Source: Leptonemataceae bacterium (lineage in GTDB: Bacteria > Spirochaetota > Leptospiria > Leptospirales > Leptonemataceae). Taken from it: a DNA stretch of 64,000 nucleotides. The notes under the pieces are model-generated. The model had not been told where the DNA came from. It saw only the letters and a program-made list of their open reading frames with translations, and ran no database searches. The DNA lies in assembly GCA_965227295.1 (NCBI GenBank), contig OZ245742.1:992001-1056000 (forward strand), written 5' to 3'. Each line of letters starts with the position of its first letter. The first letter of the stretch is position 1. Positions 29,346 to 39,066 of the stretch are shown here, piece by piece. Both the position numbers and the translations under genes were made by a program.

Positions 29346-30878
29346 TCACTGAATCTTTCGCTGACGCCCTTCCCAATACGGCTCGCGCAACTCACGGCGC
29401 AGAACTTTTCCCGAGGGATTTCGCGGCAAAGTTTTGATGCGTACAACCTTGCGCGGGCGTTTGTACGCCGCGAGTTCGTTTGGCTGCCACTCGCGCAGTT
29501 CCTCAACGCTCAGATCCCGCGCAGCAACGACGAACGCGCAGACGGCCTCGCCGGACTCTTCGTCAGGAATGCCGGCGACGGCTGCTTCCTGAATGTCCGG
29601 ATGCCCGGCAAGGAATCGCTCCACTTCGATCGGGTAGATCTTTTCGCCTTTCGACATGATGAGGTCATGTTTGCGGTCCAAAAGAAAGAGATAGCCGTCC
29701 TCGTCCAGATAACCAATGTCCCCGGTCGCCAGCCAGCCGTTCCGCATTACCACGGCGTTTTCGTCCGGGCGATTCCAGTAACCGCGCATCACCGTCGCGC
29801 CGTGTGCGAACACTTCGCCCGGGATTCCAGGCGCGCAGACGGCCCCGTCTTCCCCGCGCACTTCGATCTCGATACCGGCCGCGGCCTTGCCGGCCGAAGC
29901 ACTGATGTCGTCTTTCGAACCCGGCTGAGACGCAAGAATGCGACGATGATCGCCTGCGGACAACAACGTGACCACCCCCGTGGTTTCGGTAAGGCCGTAG
30001 CCCTGGGTAAAATCGCACTGAAACGTGAGCGCCGCCGTTTCTAGCAACTGCCGCGCAATGGGTGAGGCGCCGTAGACAAGATGCTTCAGCGAAGAAAAAT
30101 CCGCGGCGGCAGCACGCGGGTGCTGGATGATCGCCTGCTGCATGGCCGGCACAAGCAGGCTATGGGTAATCCCGTGGGTTTCTATGGTTTCGATAACTTC
30201 CCCCGGGTCAAACTTAGCGAGCAACACATTCGTTGCGCCGCCGAAAAAACCCAGCAGTAGAATTCCGCTACCGGCTATGTGAAAGAACGGCGCCACAGCC
30301 AGGTTCATTGAATCAATGCCGAAGCCGGGAATTTCGTAGCGCATCTGTTCGAGCAAGGCCACCATGTTGGCGTGACTCAGCGGCACGCCTTTAGGATTGC
30401 CGGTGGTTCCGGATGTATAGAGCTGCACGAAGTCCTGCTCCGGCGCTGGCAACTCCGGCGTCACGACCGCGTCGGCTTCCAGCCAGGTGCCTGGCTGCGT
30501 GACGTGCAGCTCGTAGCCGTCGCGAGAAAGTTGCCGCGTAATGCCTTCGAAGGCGGGACCGGCGAAGAGCAGCTTCGATTCGGAGTCTTTGATGATGAAC
30601 TCGCTCTCCCGGACTGACAGCCGCCAGTTTAAGAGCACCGGTACGGCGCCGTGAAAGGCCGCGCCGAGAATCAACTGCACCACGTAACCGTGATTAAAGT
30701 CCATAATTGCGAAACGATCGCCCTCCTCAAGGCCCAGCTGATTCAGGCGGGCGGCTCCCTGCAAGGCCAGGGCGTGGAGTTCGCTGTAACTGAACGTACG
30801 CTCTTCAATCCGTAAGGCCGGGCGCCCGGGGTCGAAACGCGCGCGATAGCTTAGATTTTCTGCGACGGTCGTATGCAT
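29346..30878 (-). CDS. Fatty acyl-CoA ligase / adenylate-forming enzyme
   Basis: YTSGTTGNPKG, QGYGLTET, TGDIG, LPRNPSGKV. Confidence 0.92.
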   Translation of the reverse strand: MHTTVAENLSYRARFDPGRPALRIEERTFSYSELHALALQGAARLNQLGLEEGDRFAIMDFNHGYVVQLILGAAFHGAVPVLLNWRLSVRESEFIIKDSESKLLFAGPAFEGITRQLSRDGYELHVTQPGTWLEADAVVTPELPAPEQDFVQLYTSGTTGNPKGVPLSHANMVALLEQMRYEIPGFGIDSMNLAVAPFFHIAGSGILLLGFFGGATNVLLAKFDPGEVIETIETHGITHSLLVPAMQQAIIQHPRAAAADFSSLKHLVYGASPIARQLLETAALTFQCDFTQGYGLTETTGVVTLLSAGDHRRILASQPGSKDDISASAGKAAAGIEIEVRGEDGAVCAPGIPGEVFAHGATVMRGYWNRPDENAVVMRNGWLATGDIGYLDEDGYLFLLDRKHDLIMSKGEKIYPIEVERFLAGHPDIQEAAVAGIPDEESGEAVCAFVVAARDLSVEELREWQPNELAAYKRPRKVVRIKTLPRNPSGKVLRRELREPYWEGRQRKIQ

Positions 30879-30890
30879 AAGTACTCCGAA

Positions 30891-31916
30891 TTACTCCTGG
30901 CGATAGAGAGCGGCACCGGCCGCGTAGCCCGCCCCGGCGGTGGTCAGTAAGATTAAGTCGCCGGAACTTAAGCGGCCGTTCCGACGAGCCGTATCGAGGG
31001 CGAACGGTAACGTGCCCGAGGTGATGTTGCCCGTGTAGTCGATGGTCACGATCGTTTTCGATTCTGAAATTCCCAGCTCGCGACCGACGGCCCGCATGAT
31101 TCCCAGGTTCGCCTGATGTGGTATGAAGCACGCCACGTTCGCGACATCCACACCGGCTTCGTTGCAGACCCGGCGACAGAACAGACTCATCGCTTCCACG
31201 GCGTCTTCGAATATCAGCTTACCGTCCACGGCCATGTAAACGGCGTGCAATCCTGCGCGGACAGTCTCTTCCGATGCCGGGCGTGCGCTGCCCCCCGCGG
31301 GTGTAAATAGATTTCCGGCGCGCGTTCCATCGGACCATAGCTCGCAACCAAGAAAGCCGGTGTCCTCGCTCCGCGCGCGCGAAAGAATCACCGCCCCCGC
31401 GCCGTCGGCAAAAATCGGAAACAACCGTCGGTCCCGTGGATTCGTGAAACGCGACTTGATGTCCGCGCCGATCACCATCACGTAACGCATGCCCGTTAAC
31501 ACCGAACGCACGCCGTGATCCAGGCCGAACAGAAAACTCGCGCAGGCAGACTGCTTGTCCTCGGCGGGGCAGACGGCGCCGATCAACGCCTGCACACGAC
31601 AGGCGGCCGCCGGCGAGGTCCAGTCCCCGGTGGTTGTGCATAGTAAGATTTGATCCAGTTCTTCGGCGGCGATGCCCGCGTCTTCCAGCGCGAGCTTCGC
31701 CGCTTCCGCGCCGATGTCACTGGTGGCCGTGCCGTCCGCGGCAAAGTGCCGCGTTCGAATGCCGACGTGTTCTTCGATCCACTCCGCCGTCGTATCGATA
31801 CCGTAACGATCGATGAGCGCCTGGTTGCTCAGCGGGCTGCCGGGCAGGTATCGCCCGGTGCCGGCGATGCCGACGCCCCGGGGCAACGGCGGGCGTTGTC
31901 GGTGTTGTTGAATCAT
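30891..31916 (-). CDS. 3-oxoacyl-ACP synthase III (FabH-like) 1
   Basis: GTGRYLP, GIRTR; triad SACASF / PHQAN / TGNITSG; FADGAGA. Confidence 0.9.
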   Translation of the reverse strand: MIQQHRQRPPLPRGVGIAGTGRYLPGSPLSNQALIDRYGIDTTAEWIEEHVGIRTRHFAADGTATSDIGAEAAKLALEDAGIAAEELDQILLCTTTGDWTSPAAACRVQALIGAVCPAEDKQSACASFLFGLDHGVRSVLTGMRYVMVIGADIKSRFTNPRDRRLFPIFADGAGAVILSRARSEDTGFLGCELWSDGTRAGNLFTPAGGSARPASEETVRAGLHAVYMAVDGKLIFEDAVEAMSLFCRRVCNEAGVDVANVACFIPHQANLGIMRAVGRELGISESKTIVTIDYTGNITSGTLPFALDTARRNGRLSSGDLILLTTAGAGYAAGAALYRQE

Positions 31917-31922
31917 AACGGC

Positions 31923-33149
31923 TCAGGCCGCGGGGCCGACGCGAATGGCAATGTTTCCCGGCGGATGTTCGTTTTTGTGCATGAGCTGATGCACGTGTCC
32001 GATCTCGTTGAAAGAGAACACGCGCTGCACCGCGGCATGGACCTGACCGCATGTGATCATCTCCTGTAAGATGCGAATGTCTTCCTGGCCCGCGAAGTGT
32101 GACCCTTGAAAGCGCACGGATTTACGACTGAACTCCGAGCCGGCCATGGACGCGAGATATCCGGTCGTCCCGGCGCAAATCACAACCATGCCGCCCGGCG
32201 CACACAGATGAAACGAAAGCGGCAGCGTATGCTCTCCAGGATGTTCGAAAACAATTTCTGGTAACTTGCCTTTTGTTATTGTTAGTACTTCTTCACGAAA
32301 TACGTTCGCCCCGGCAATCCACCCGGCTTCGTTGTTTTTGTTTCGCGCGCCCGGTATTTTTACGTGATCGCGCCGGATTACGCCGGCAGCCCCAAGGCGC
32401 TTGCAGAATTCCGCCTTCTCTTCGCTGTTTACAACGGCCACGGGAATGCCGCCGGCGGCTTTTACGATCTGAACGGCCATGCAGCCGAGGCCGCCGCTCC
32501 CGCCCCAGATCAACACCGGCATGCCGGGTGTAACAACGTTTGGCTCCCAGTGCAACAGCATGCGCACCGCCGTGGCACCGCACAGTAAGTAGGCCGCGCT
32601 GTCTTCCCAGCTCAAGTTGCGCGGGCGCGGCCAGACCTGCCAGGCGCGAGCACGACAGAACTGCGCGAACGATCCCCAGTTCGTTTCGTAGCCCCAGGCC
32701 CGTAGCGACGGCGCATAAGCCGCATCACCGCCGTGCGCGATATAGGGATCATCGTGCTCCCAAAAGCCGGGGGAAACGATCACCTCATCACCGACGCGAA
32801 CATTTGCAACGTTGTCGCCGACCTGGTAGACGATGCCGGCTGCATCGGAGCCGCCGATGTGAAAGTCCTCGGGCTCGCCCTGTTTATTGCGCGCGGCAAT
32901 GACGTCCACCGGTCGCCCCAGAGCGGCCCAGACGTTGTTATAGTTCACGCCCGCGGCGATTACAGCGACGAGTACATCGAGCGCCCCCAATGGCGGCACG
33001 GGAACCGTTTCGATTTGGAAGGCGTGCTCCGGGTCGCCGAATCGCTCCCGGCGGATGACCTGGGCGTGCATGAACTCCGGCACCACGCCCGGGGGCGGCA
33101 GTTCTCCGATCGGATACAGTTTCTTCGTATGGCGCACGGTGGAAGCCAT
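31923..33149 (-). CDS. ccr: Crotonyl-CoA carboxylase/reductase family (carboxylating enoyl-thioester reductase)
   Basis: RFGDP..AFQ, AAGVNYNNVWAALG, FHIGGSDAAG, WGYETNWGSFAQF, GGSGGLG, VFEHPG, CAGTTGY, QGSHFA. Confidence 0.9.
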   Translation of the reverse strand: MASTVRHTKKLYPIGELPPPGVVPEFMHAQVIRRERFGDPEHAFQIETVPVPPLGALDVLVAVIAAGVNYNNVWAALGRPVDVIAARNKQGEPEDFHIGGSDAAGIVYQVGDNVANVRVGDEVIVSPGFWEHDDPYIAHGGDAAYAPSLRAWGYETNWGSFAQFCRARAWQVWPRPRNLSWEDSAAYLLCGATAVRMLLHWEPNVVTPGMPVLIWGGSGGLGCMAVQIVKAAGGIPVAVVNSEEKAEFCKRLGAAGVIRRDHVKIPGARNKNNEAGWIAGANVFREEVLTITKGKLPEIVFEHPGEHTLPLSFHLCAPGGMVVICAGTTGYLASMAGSEFSRKSVRFQGSHFAGQEDIRILQEMITCGQVHAAVQRVFSFNEIGHVHQLMHKNEHPPGNIAIRVGPAA

Positions 33150-33264
33150 AGAACCGTCCGACTAATATGCTCTCTCTTGAATTTAGCAAGTAGTATTTTC
33201 CGCATTAGAAAATCATAAATACTTGCCGGTTCCGTGCCGGAGGAAGATCGTTCCGGCATAGTAT

Positions 33265-34317
33265 ATGAGCGAGTTGTTATGCGGATCAGTGGAGAGCGTA
33301 CGCATCAGCGGCGTGGGGACGGCCTTTGCTTCGAGCGGATGCTGGATTCATAACAACGACATTCATGAACTTCTGCACGGGTCGGCGTGGCGGAACATCA
33401 TGAAAGACCAGGGCCTGGACCCGCGGTACTATGAGCAACGCCACGGTTTTGTGCGCCGACACTGGACCCACATGCCCGGCGAGGCACTGTCCTCCGACGA
33501 ACCGACCTCCGCAGATTTGATGACCGACGCGGCGCGGGCCGCACTGGAACAGGCGCGGATCCGTCCGGAAGATGTTTCGCTGTTCATCGCCGTGTCCACG
33601 ACATCGCCACGGTACACTTCGTCGCTTGGTACGTTGGTTGGCGGCCGCCTGGGCCTGCGCAGTCCCGCCTTCGAAATGAAATCGGGTTGTTCTTCCTCGC
33701 TGTACGCCTTAACCATCGCCTATCGATTCTTAGCGGACGGAGCGCGACACGTATTGATCGCGGCAGGAGAAACACTCTCGCGGGTGCTACCACCGCGGGC
33801 ACCGCTCATCTACTCCGGCGGCGACGGCGCCGGTGCCGTCGTACTGAGTCGCGAATCTTCCGGCGACTCCGGCCTGCTCGCCGCGTACTTAGACTCCGAC
33901 GGAAGCTTTGCTCAGGACATGGGCGTGCCGGGTAACCTGCCGCCGCTCCGGAGTGATCTGGACGCGGGGAACTATTATATGGCCGCAACTGCAAAGATCG
34001 GTGACGCGGCGAAAGAACGCTGGCCGGAAAGTGCGGCCGCCGTCTTGCGGGCAGCCGGCTGTAGCGGCAATACCGTAGATCTCTATGTTCCGCATCAAGT
34101 AAGCCGGGATCTCATCTACCACGGTGCCGAAGTTGCCGGCATCCCCCGCGATCGGGTGGTGGATTGCCTCGATCGTTACGCCAACTGCGGTTCGGGTACG
34201 GTCTTGATTGCGCTGGCCGAAGCGCAGCGCCAGGGTCGTTGGGAGACGGGCAGCACGCTGTTGTTGAACGCCGTCGGCGGCGGGCTCGCCTGGGGAGGAT
34301 TGCTGCTTCGCGCGTGA
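33265..34317 (+). CDS. 3-oxoacyl-ACP synthase III (FabH-like) 2, divergent
   Basis: Triad SGCSSS / PHQVS / YANCGSG; GDGAGA; GGGLAWG. Confidence 0.85.
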   Translation: MSELLCGSVESVRISGVGTAFASSGCWIHNNDIHELLHGSAWRNIMKDQGLDPRYYEQRHGFVRRHWTHMPGEALSSDEPTSADLMTDAARAALEQARIRPEDVSLFIAVSTTSPRYTSSLGTLVGGRLGLRSPAFEMKSGCSSSLYALTIAYRFLADGARHVLIAAGETLSRVLPPRAPLIYSGGDGAGAVVLSRESSGDSGLLAAYLDSDGSFAQDMGVPGNLPPLRSDLDAGNYYMAATAKIGDAAKERWPESAAAVLRAAGCSGNTVDLYVPHQVSRDLIYHGAEVAGIPRDRVVDCLDRYANCGSGTVLIALAEAQRQGRWETGSTLLLNAVGGGLAWGGLLLRA

Positions 34318-34332
34318 GCCGTGAGAGGATGC

Positions 34333-35094
34333 ATGGGCACACTGGATGAAAAACGAGCGCTGATCCTCGGGGCCGGCCGCGGCATCGGCGCGGCGACAGC
34401 CGCCGAATTTGCGGTACGCGGCGCGCAGGTCCGCCTCGTGGCGCGGAGCGAGGCGGAACTAATCGCACTGCACGGGAAGTTAGACGGCCAGGGACATGGG
34501 CACCACGCCCTGGACCTCAGCTCTGCCGACGACTGTGCCGCGCTCATCGACGCTATCGCAAGCGAACCGCCGCACATCGTCGTACAGAACTTTCACGCAC
34601 GCAGCCGACTGAAGAGACTGCGCCACATTCACGCATCGGATCTGGCCGAGAGTATCCGCGCAAATACCGAGGCCCTGCTGCAACTCCTCGCGGCGGTGCT
34701 GCCGTTTCAACGCGAGGCCGGCTTTGGCCGTTGGATCAGCGTAAGTTCCATGGCCGCCCGTCTCGGCGGCCCGGGACAGGCATCGTATGCGGCGGTGAAA
34801 TCGGCCATCGAGAGCATCTATCGTACACTGGCCGTGGAAGAACACCGTACCGGCATTACGGCGAACATCGTGTCACCCGGCTTCATCGATACGCCGGGCG
34901 TGCGCGAGAATTATCCGGAGGCATTGCGCGAACGTCTTGCCGCGATGAACCTCAGCGGACGCGCCGGCACAGCGGAAGAAGTGGCGCATGCGATTGCGTT
35001 TCTGGCGGAGCCGGCCGCCGCGTTTGTTACGGGGAGCAATCTTGTAGTGGACGGTGGTCTGGAGCGCGGCTGGTTTTTGAATCGGAGCGATTGA
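34333..35094 (+). CDS. SDR oxidoreductase (FabG-like ketoreductase)
   Basis: ILGAGRGIG, SS, YAAVK, SPGFIDT, VTG..L.VDGG; ATG at 34333 after GAGAGG. Confidence 0.88.
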   Translation: MGTLDEKRALILGAGRGIGAATAAEFAVRGAQVRLVARSEAELIALHGKLDGQGHGHHALDLSSADDCAALIDAIASEPPHIVVQNFHARSRLKRLRHIHASDLAESIRANTEALLQLLAAVLPFQREAGFGRWISVSSMAARLGGPGQASYAAVKSAIESIYRTLAVEEHRTGITANIVSPGFIDTPGVRENYPEALRERLAAMNLSGRAGTAEEVAHAIAFLAEPAAAFVTGSNLVVDGGLERGWFLNRSD

Positions 35095-35104
35095 GTCTCG
35101 CAAC

Positions 35105-35494
35105 TCACGCCGCATCGCCCGACTGGTTCTGCACCATGGCGCGCCAGACGATTTGCCAGGCGCCGTCGGTTTGTTGCAACGCCCAGTGTTCGCGGCCCTG
35201 TTCTTTGTGACTCTCACCGTTCAGCGTGTATTCGATCGTGTAGTCCATGATCACGACGCCGGTGCGACCCCAGGTGCGAATGCTGCGGCGGCGTACCTCG
35301 AAGGCGCGGGTCTGCGCTGCGCTTACATAGTCTTTGATCGTTTGCAGGCAGGCGTCGCGGCCCGCGATTTCGGTTTCGCCGTCGGGGGCGACGAAGATGA
35401 CGTCCGGATGCAGGAGCGGTGTAATGTCATCGATGCGGCCCCGGGTCCAGCCGTCGTTGAAGTGTTCCATGAGTTGTGGGATGGCGTCGGGCAT
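35105..35494 (-). CDS. NTF2-like (DUF4440/SnoaL-type) protein
   Basis: 129 aa: LLHPDVIFVAPDG...GRDA...DGAWQIV. Confidence 0.75.
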   Translation of the reverse strand: MPDAIPQLMEHFNDGWTRGRIDDITPLLHPDVIFVAPDGETEIAGRDACLQTIKDYVSAAQTRAFEVRRRSIRTWGRTGVVIMDYTIEYTLNGESHKEQGREHWALQQTDGAWQIVWRAMVQNQSGDAA

Positions 35495-35556
35495 GTTTGG
35501 TTGGTGGCTGATGTTAAGTCGGCGTCAAGGAATTAGCGGCGGACGGGCTTTGTGTA

Positions 35557-35590
35557 GATCGTGGCGTTTCTCCGCAGAAGCGCGGAGGGG
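35557..35590 (+). repeat. Left imperfect inverted-repeat arm enclosing the AT-rich ATPase gene
   Basis: GATCGTGGCGTTTCTCCGCAGAAGCGCGGAGGGG; 29/35 identical to the reverse complement of 37358-37392 by manual alignment. Confidence 0.7.
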
Positions 35591-35735
35591 TAGCACCAGG
35601 CTAAATAAGATCAGAAAGTGGTATTGGTGGTGTTGAATTGTTGCTCCGATTGAGAGTTGCTACCTGCATTGCTTGAGTCGTTGGTTTACTTTTTCCCCGG
35701 GCGACAACAGGTTGCAGTTGCAGCCGAGTATGTGA

Positions 35736-37277
35736 TCACCTGTCCGGTTTGAATATTGGAGCCAGCCGCACATCATCGACTTGCTTGCGATCTGCCCCTC
35801 GCTCCCAAAATGCAATTTCTTGAACTCGATTATCTCCCCTCCGGGGAGGATGCGCATAAAGGCCCAAGTCCAGCATATACGCTTCGTATCGTCCATGATA
35901 ACTCTTAGCGCTTGTGTTTTCATGGACTTGATGAATATACCTGTAATCGAGTAACTTGCTCATCAATTCCTTGAAAGTGCGATTCTGCGATGAATCATCC
36001 TTGGTAATCAGGAAAACATTCTTCTTCGCATCTTCAACGCAGAAGGAAACTATTTGCTCTTTTAGTTTTTCTAGTTCATCGAGTTCGTCACCTTCCATAG
36101 TTGTGAGATCTTGATTCTTCGTTTCCTGCAGATAGAGAGTCGCCGCCTCATTGATAAGCAATGTATCTATTTTTTCCTTGTCTGCATCGCGCCCCCGCTC
36201 AATCGCTCGTGCAAGCACGTTTATGAAGTCACGTGGTACTCCTCCCGATGCCAAGATCAATTGATGCCAGGATTCGCCTCCAAATAATGCATCAAAGTAG
36301 CCAACATCTTGACTACCAGTCGCACTCTTGCTGATCTCCTTCCAAATTCGCGAAATAAAATCCTGAACAGATTGAAAGTTTCTAAACGATTTATCGAGAT
36401 CTATAGGCTGAATATCGTGACGCAGCTGTGATCCAATAGATGCCCGCCCCTCTATACGATATATTTTGCTGCGATGAGGGATCGTGCCTATTTTCAGATA
36501 GGCCGCCTCATTTTTCACAAGGGAACCCACATAATCCAGAACGCTAGCTTGGTTTTCGATACCCAAATGATAAAAATCATCTATGATAATAAAGCAAGGG
36601 CGGCCGAACCAAGTAAGGATGTCCCTCAGAAGTAAGCTCGCATCGTGTAGGTGACGATCTATTTCTTCTGATTTCAAGTAATCTCCAGAATGCGTCTCTT
36701 CTACGCTGTTCGTAGTCCGCTCCCCCGCTCGTAATTGATTTTTTCCGGCATAAAGATCCAATCCCATCTCACTATCAAGGTTAGACTTTTGCCCACGCTT
36801 AAGCTCTGATTTTGTGAAGCCCTGCAATCGTAGAGCCAAATACTCCTCTTCCCTCTTCAAACGTCTCATCAGAGAGTACCTCTTTGGCGACCAGAAGCAC
36901 CGCCAAAAAGGCGTCCGTTTATTTATCAATACTTTTGCACCCGCGAAGATGACGCGAAGTATTTGAATTAGCACATCGGGATAGTCTAACTTTTTGTATT
37001 TATCTATGTCGACCCATATCAGCCCATCACCCCGCTCATTTACTCGCCGCTCCAATTCGGTTAGAAGCATCGTTTTTCCAGCGCCTCTTCTACCAAATAT
37101 TACCGTATGAGAGTGCAATTCGATTTGATCAATATGGTCACTTGGGTCGATATATTCCATGGAGCGCCTCCGATCAGATCTAGACGCTTGTAAGTATAGG
37201 AATAGACGCCGAACAATTTCATCTTCTAGCTTTACCATTCTACTAAGCCTGCCGAACCAGAATATTGACACAATCAA
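35736..37277 (-). CDS. Lone P-loop ATPase (ORC/Cdc6- or STAND-like) in an AT-rich insert
   Basis: Walker A GRRGAGKT, Walker B FIIIDDFYH, GGVPRDFI, putative C-terminal winged helix; visibly lower GC than the flanks; start uncertain. Confidence 0.8.
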   Translation of the reverse strand: MIVSIFWFGRLSRMVKLEDEIVRRLFLYLQASRSDRRRSMEYIDPSDHIDQIELHSHTVIFGRRGAGKTMLLTELERRVNERGDGLIWVDIDKYKKLDYPDVLIQILRVIFAGAKVLINKRTPFWRCFWSPKRYSLMRRLKREEEYLALRLQGFTKSELKRGQKSNLDSEMGLDLYAGKNQLRAGERTTNSVEETHSGDYLKSEEIDRHLHDASLLLRDILTWFGRPCFIIIDDFYHLGIENQASVLDYVGSLVKNEAAYLKIGTIPHRSKIYRIEGRASIGSQLRHDIQPIDLDKSFRNFQSVQDFISRIWKEISKSATGSQDVGYFDALFGGESWHQLILASGGVPRDFINVLARAIERGRDADKEKIDTLLINEAATLYLQETKNQDLTTMEGDELDELEKLKEQIVSFCVEDAKKNVFLITKDDSSQNRTFKELMSKLLDYRYIHQVHENTSAKSYHGRYEAYMLDLGLYAHPPRRGDNRVQEIAFWERGADRKQVDDVRLAPIFKPDR

Positions 37278-37357
37278 GCATGGGCTGATTTTTTATAAAC
37301 CACTAAACCTTAGGCCCTTTCCGGAGATCTGCCTCCGCCAGTCTAGTCTAACCATCC

Positions 37358-37392
37358 CCCCTTCGCGCCTCTGCGGTAAAAACGCCATAATC
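37358..37392 (-). repeat. Right imperfect inverted-repeat arm enclosing the AT-rich ATPase gene
   Basis: CCCCTTCGCGCCTCTGCGGTAAAAACGCCATAATC, complementary to 35557-35590. Confidence 0.7.
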
Positions 37393-37455
37393 ATCCCCAC
37401 TCCCGCCCCAAATTTCCAGTTGCCCCCGAAGCAATGAACAGCCATTCCGTCACCG

Positions 37456-39066
37456 ATGCCCCGACTCCAATCATCCATTCGCACGAGCACCGAAGAGTAT
37501 CAGCAAAACGCCGCGGCGTTGCAGGAGCGCACGCAGTACATCCGCGAAACCGCGCAGCGCATCCAGCAAGGCGGCGGCGAGAAGTCGCGGAAGCTGCACG
37601 AATCCCGCGGCAAATACTTCGTGCGCGATCGCATTCGACTCCTGCTGGATCGCGGGTCGCCGTTTCTCGAAGTCGGTCTCTTTGCCGGTCACGGCGTCTA
37701 TGAATTCGAAACACCCGCCGCGGGAATCGTGTGCGGCGTGGGCTTGATCGAAGGCGTGGAGTGTATGATCGTTGCGAACGACGCCACGGTCAAAGGCGGC
37801 ACTTACGTACCGCTTACCGTGAAGAAACATCTGCGCGCGCAGGAGATCGCCCTCGAAAATCGTTTGCCGTGCATCTATCTCGTCGACAGCGGCGGCGCGT
37901 TTTTGCCGATGCAGGACGAGGTCTTTCCGGATCGCGAGCACTTCGGCCGCATCTTCTACAACCAGGCACGGCTCTCGGCGCAAAAGATTCCGCAGATCGC
38001 CGTGGTGATGGGTTCGTGCACCGCCGGCGGCGCTTACATCCCGGCCATGTCCGAGGAAACCGTCATCGTCCGCGAGTACGGCACGATCTTCCTCGGCGGG
38101 CCGCCTCTGGTAAAGGCCGCCACCGGCGAAGAGGTCACTCCCAACGAGCTGGGCGGGGCCGAGGTGCACACCGAAAAATCCGGCGTGGCCGATCACTACG
38201 CCGTGAACGACGAAGATGCGCTCAGCATCACTCGCACCATCGTGCGCAATCTCAATCACCAAAAGGCCGGCAAACTTCCGCGGATCGTAAGTTACGACGA
38301 GCCCCTCTACGATCCCGCCGAAATCTACGGCGTCATTCAAAAGGATGCGCGCAAGTCGTACGATGTACGCGAGATCATCGCCCGCATTGTCGACGGGAGC
38401 GTCTTCGACGAATTCAAGCAGCGCTACGCCACGACCATCATCACGGGCTTTGCGCGTATTTTTGGTTATCAGGTGGGCATCATCGCCAACAACGGAGTCT
38501 TGTTTTCCGAAAGCGCGCTCAAGGCGACGCACTTCATTGAACTGTGCTGCGAACGAAACGTGCCGCTGCTCTTTTTGCAGAACATCACGGGTTTTATGGT
38601 GGGCCGCCAGTACGAGGCCGGCGGCATCGCCAGGGACGGCGCGAAAATGGTGACCGCCGTCTCCACGGCCAACGTTCCGAAACTCACCGTCGTCATCGGC
38701 GGTTCGTACGGAGCCGGAAACTACGGCATGTGCGGGCGCGCTTACTCGCCGCGTTTTCTATGGATGTGGCCGAACGCGAAGATCGGCGTGATGGGCGCCG
38801 AACAGGCGGCGTCGGTTCTCTTAACTGTGAAGCAAGATCAGTTAGCCCGCGACGGCAAATCGCTGAACGAACAGGAACAGGCCGAATTCAAGCAGCCCAT
38901 CCTGGACGAGTACAACGCAAAGTCGGACACGCTCTATTCCAGCGGCCGGTTGTGGGACGACGGCGTCATCGATCCCGCGGATACGCGCCGGGTGTTGGGT
39001 CTTTCGCTTTCGGTCTGCGACAACGCGCCGATTCCGGAACCGAACTTCGGTTTGTTTCGTATGTAG
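37456..39066 (+). CDS. mccB: Methylcrotonyl-CoA carboxylase carboxyltransferase (beta) subunit
   Basis: [70 protein letters not shown]. Confidence 0.93.
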   Translation: MPRLQSSIRTSTEEYQQNAAALQERTQYIRETAQRIQQGGGEKSRKLHESRGKYFVRDRIRLLLDRGSPFLEVGLFAGHGVYEFETPAAGIVCGVGLIEGVECMIVANDATVKGGTYVPLTVKKHLRAQEIALENRLPCIYLVDSGGAFLPMQDEVFPDREHFGRIFYNQARLSAQKIPQIAVVMGSCTAGGAYIPAMSEETVIVREYGTIFLGGPPLVKAATGEEVTPNELGGAEVHTEKSGVADHYAVNDEDALSITRTIVRNLNHQKAGKLPRIVSYDEPLYDPAEIYGVIQKDARKSYDVREIIARIVDGSVFDEFKQRYATTIITGFARIFGYQVGIIANNGVLFSESALKATHFIELCCERNVPLLFLQNITGFMVGRQYEAGGIARDGAKMVTAVSTANVPKLTVVIGGSYGAGNYGMCGRAYSPRFLWMWPNAKIGVMGAEQAASVLLTVKQDQLARDGKSLNEQEQAEFKQPILDEYNAKSDTLYSSGRLWDDGVIDPADTRRVLGLSLSVCDNAPIPEPNFGLFRM

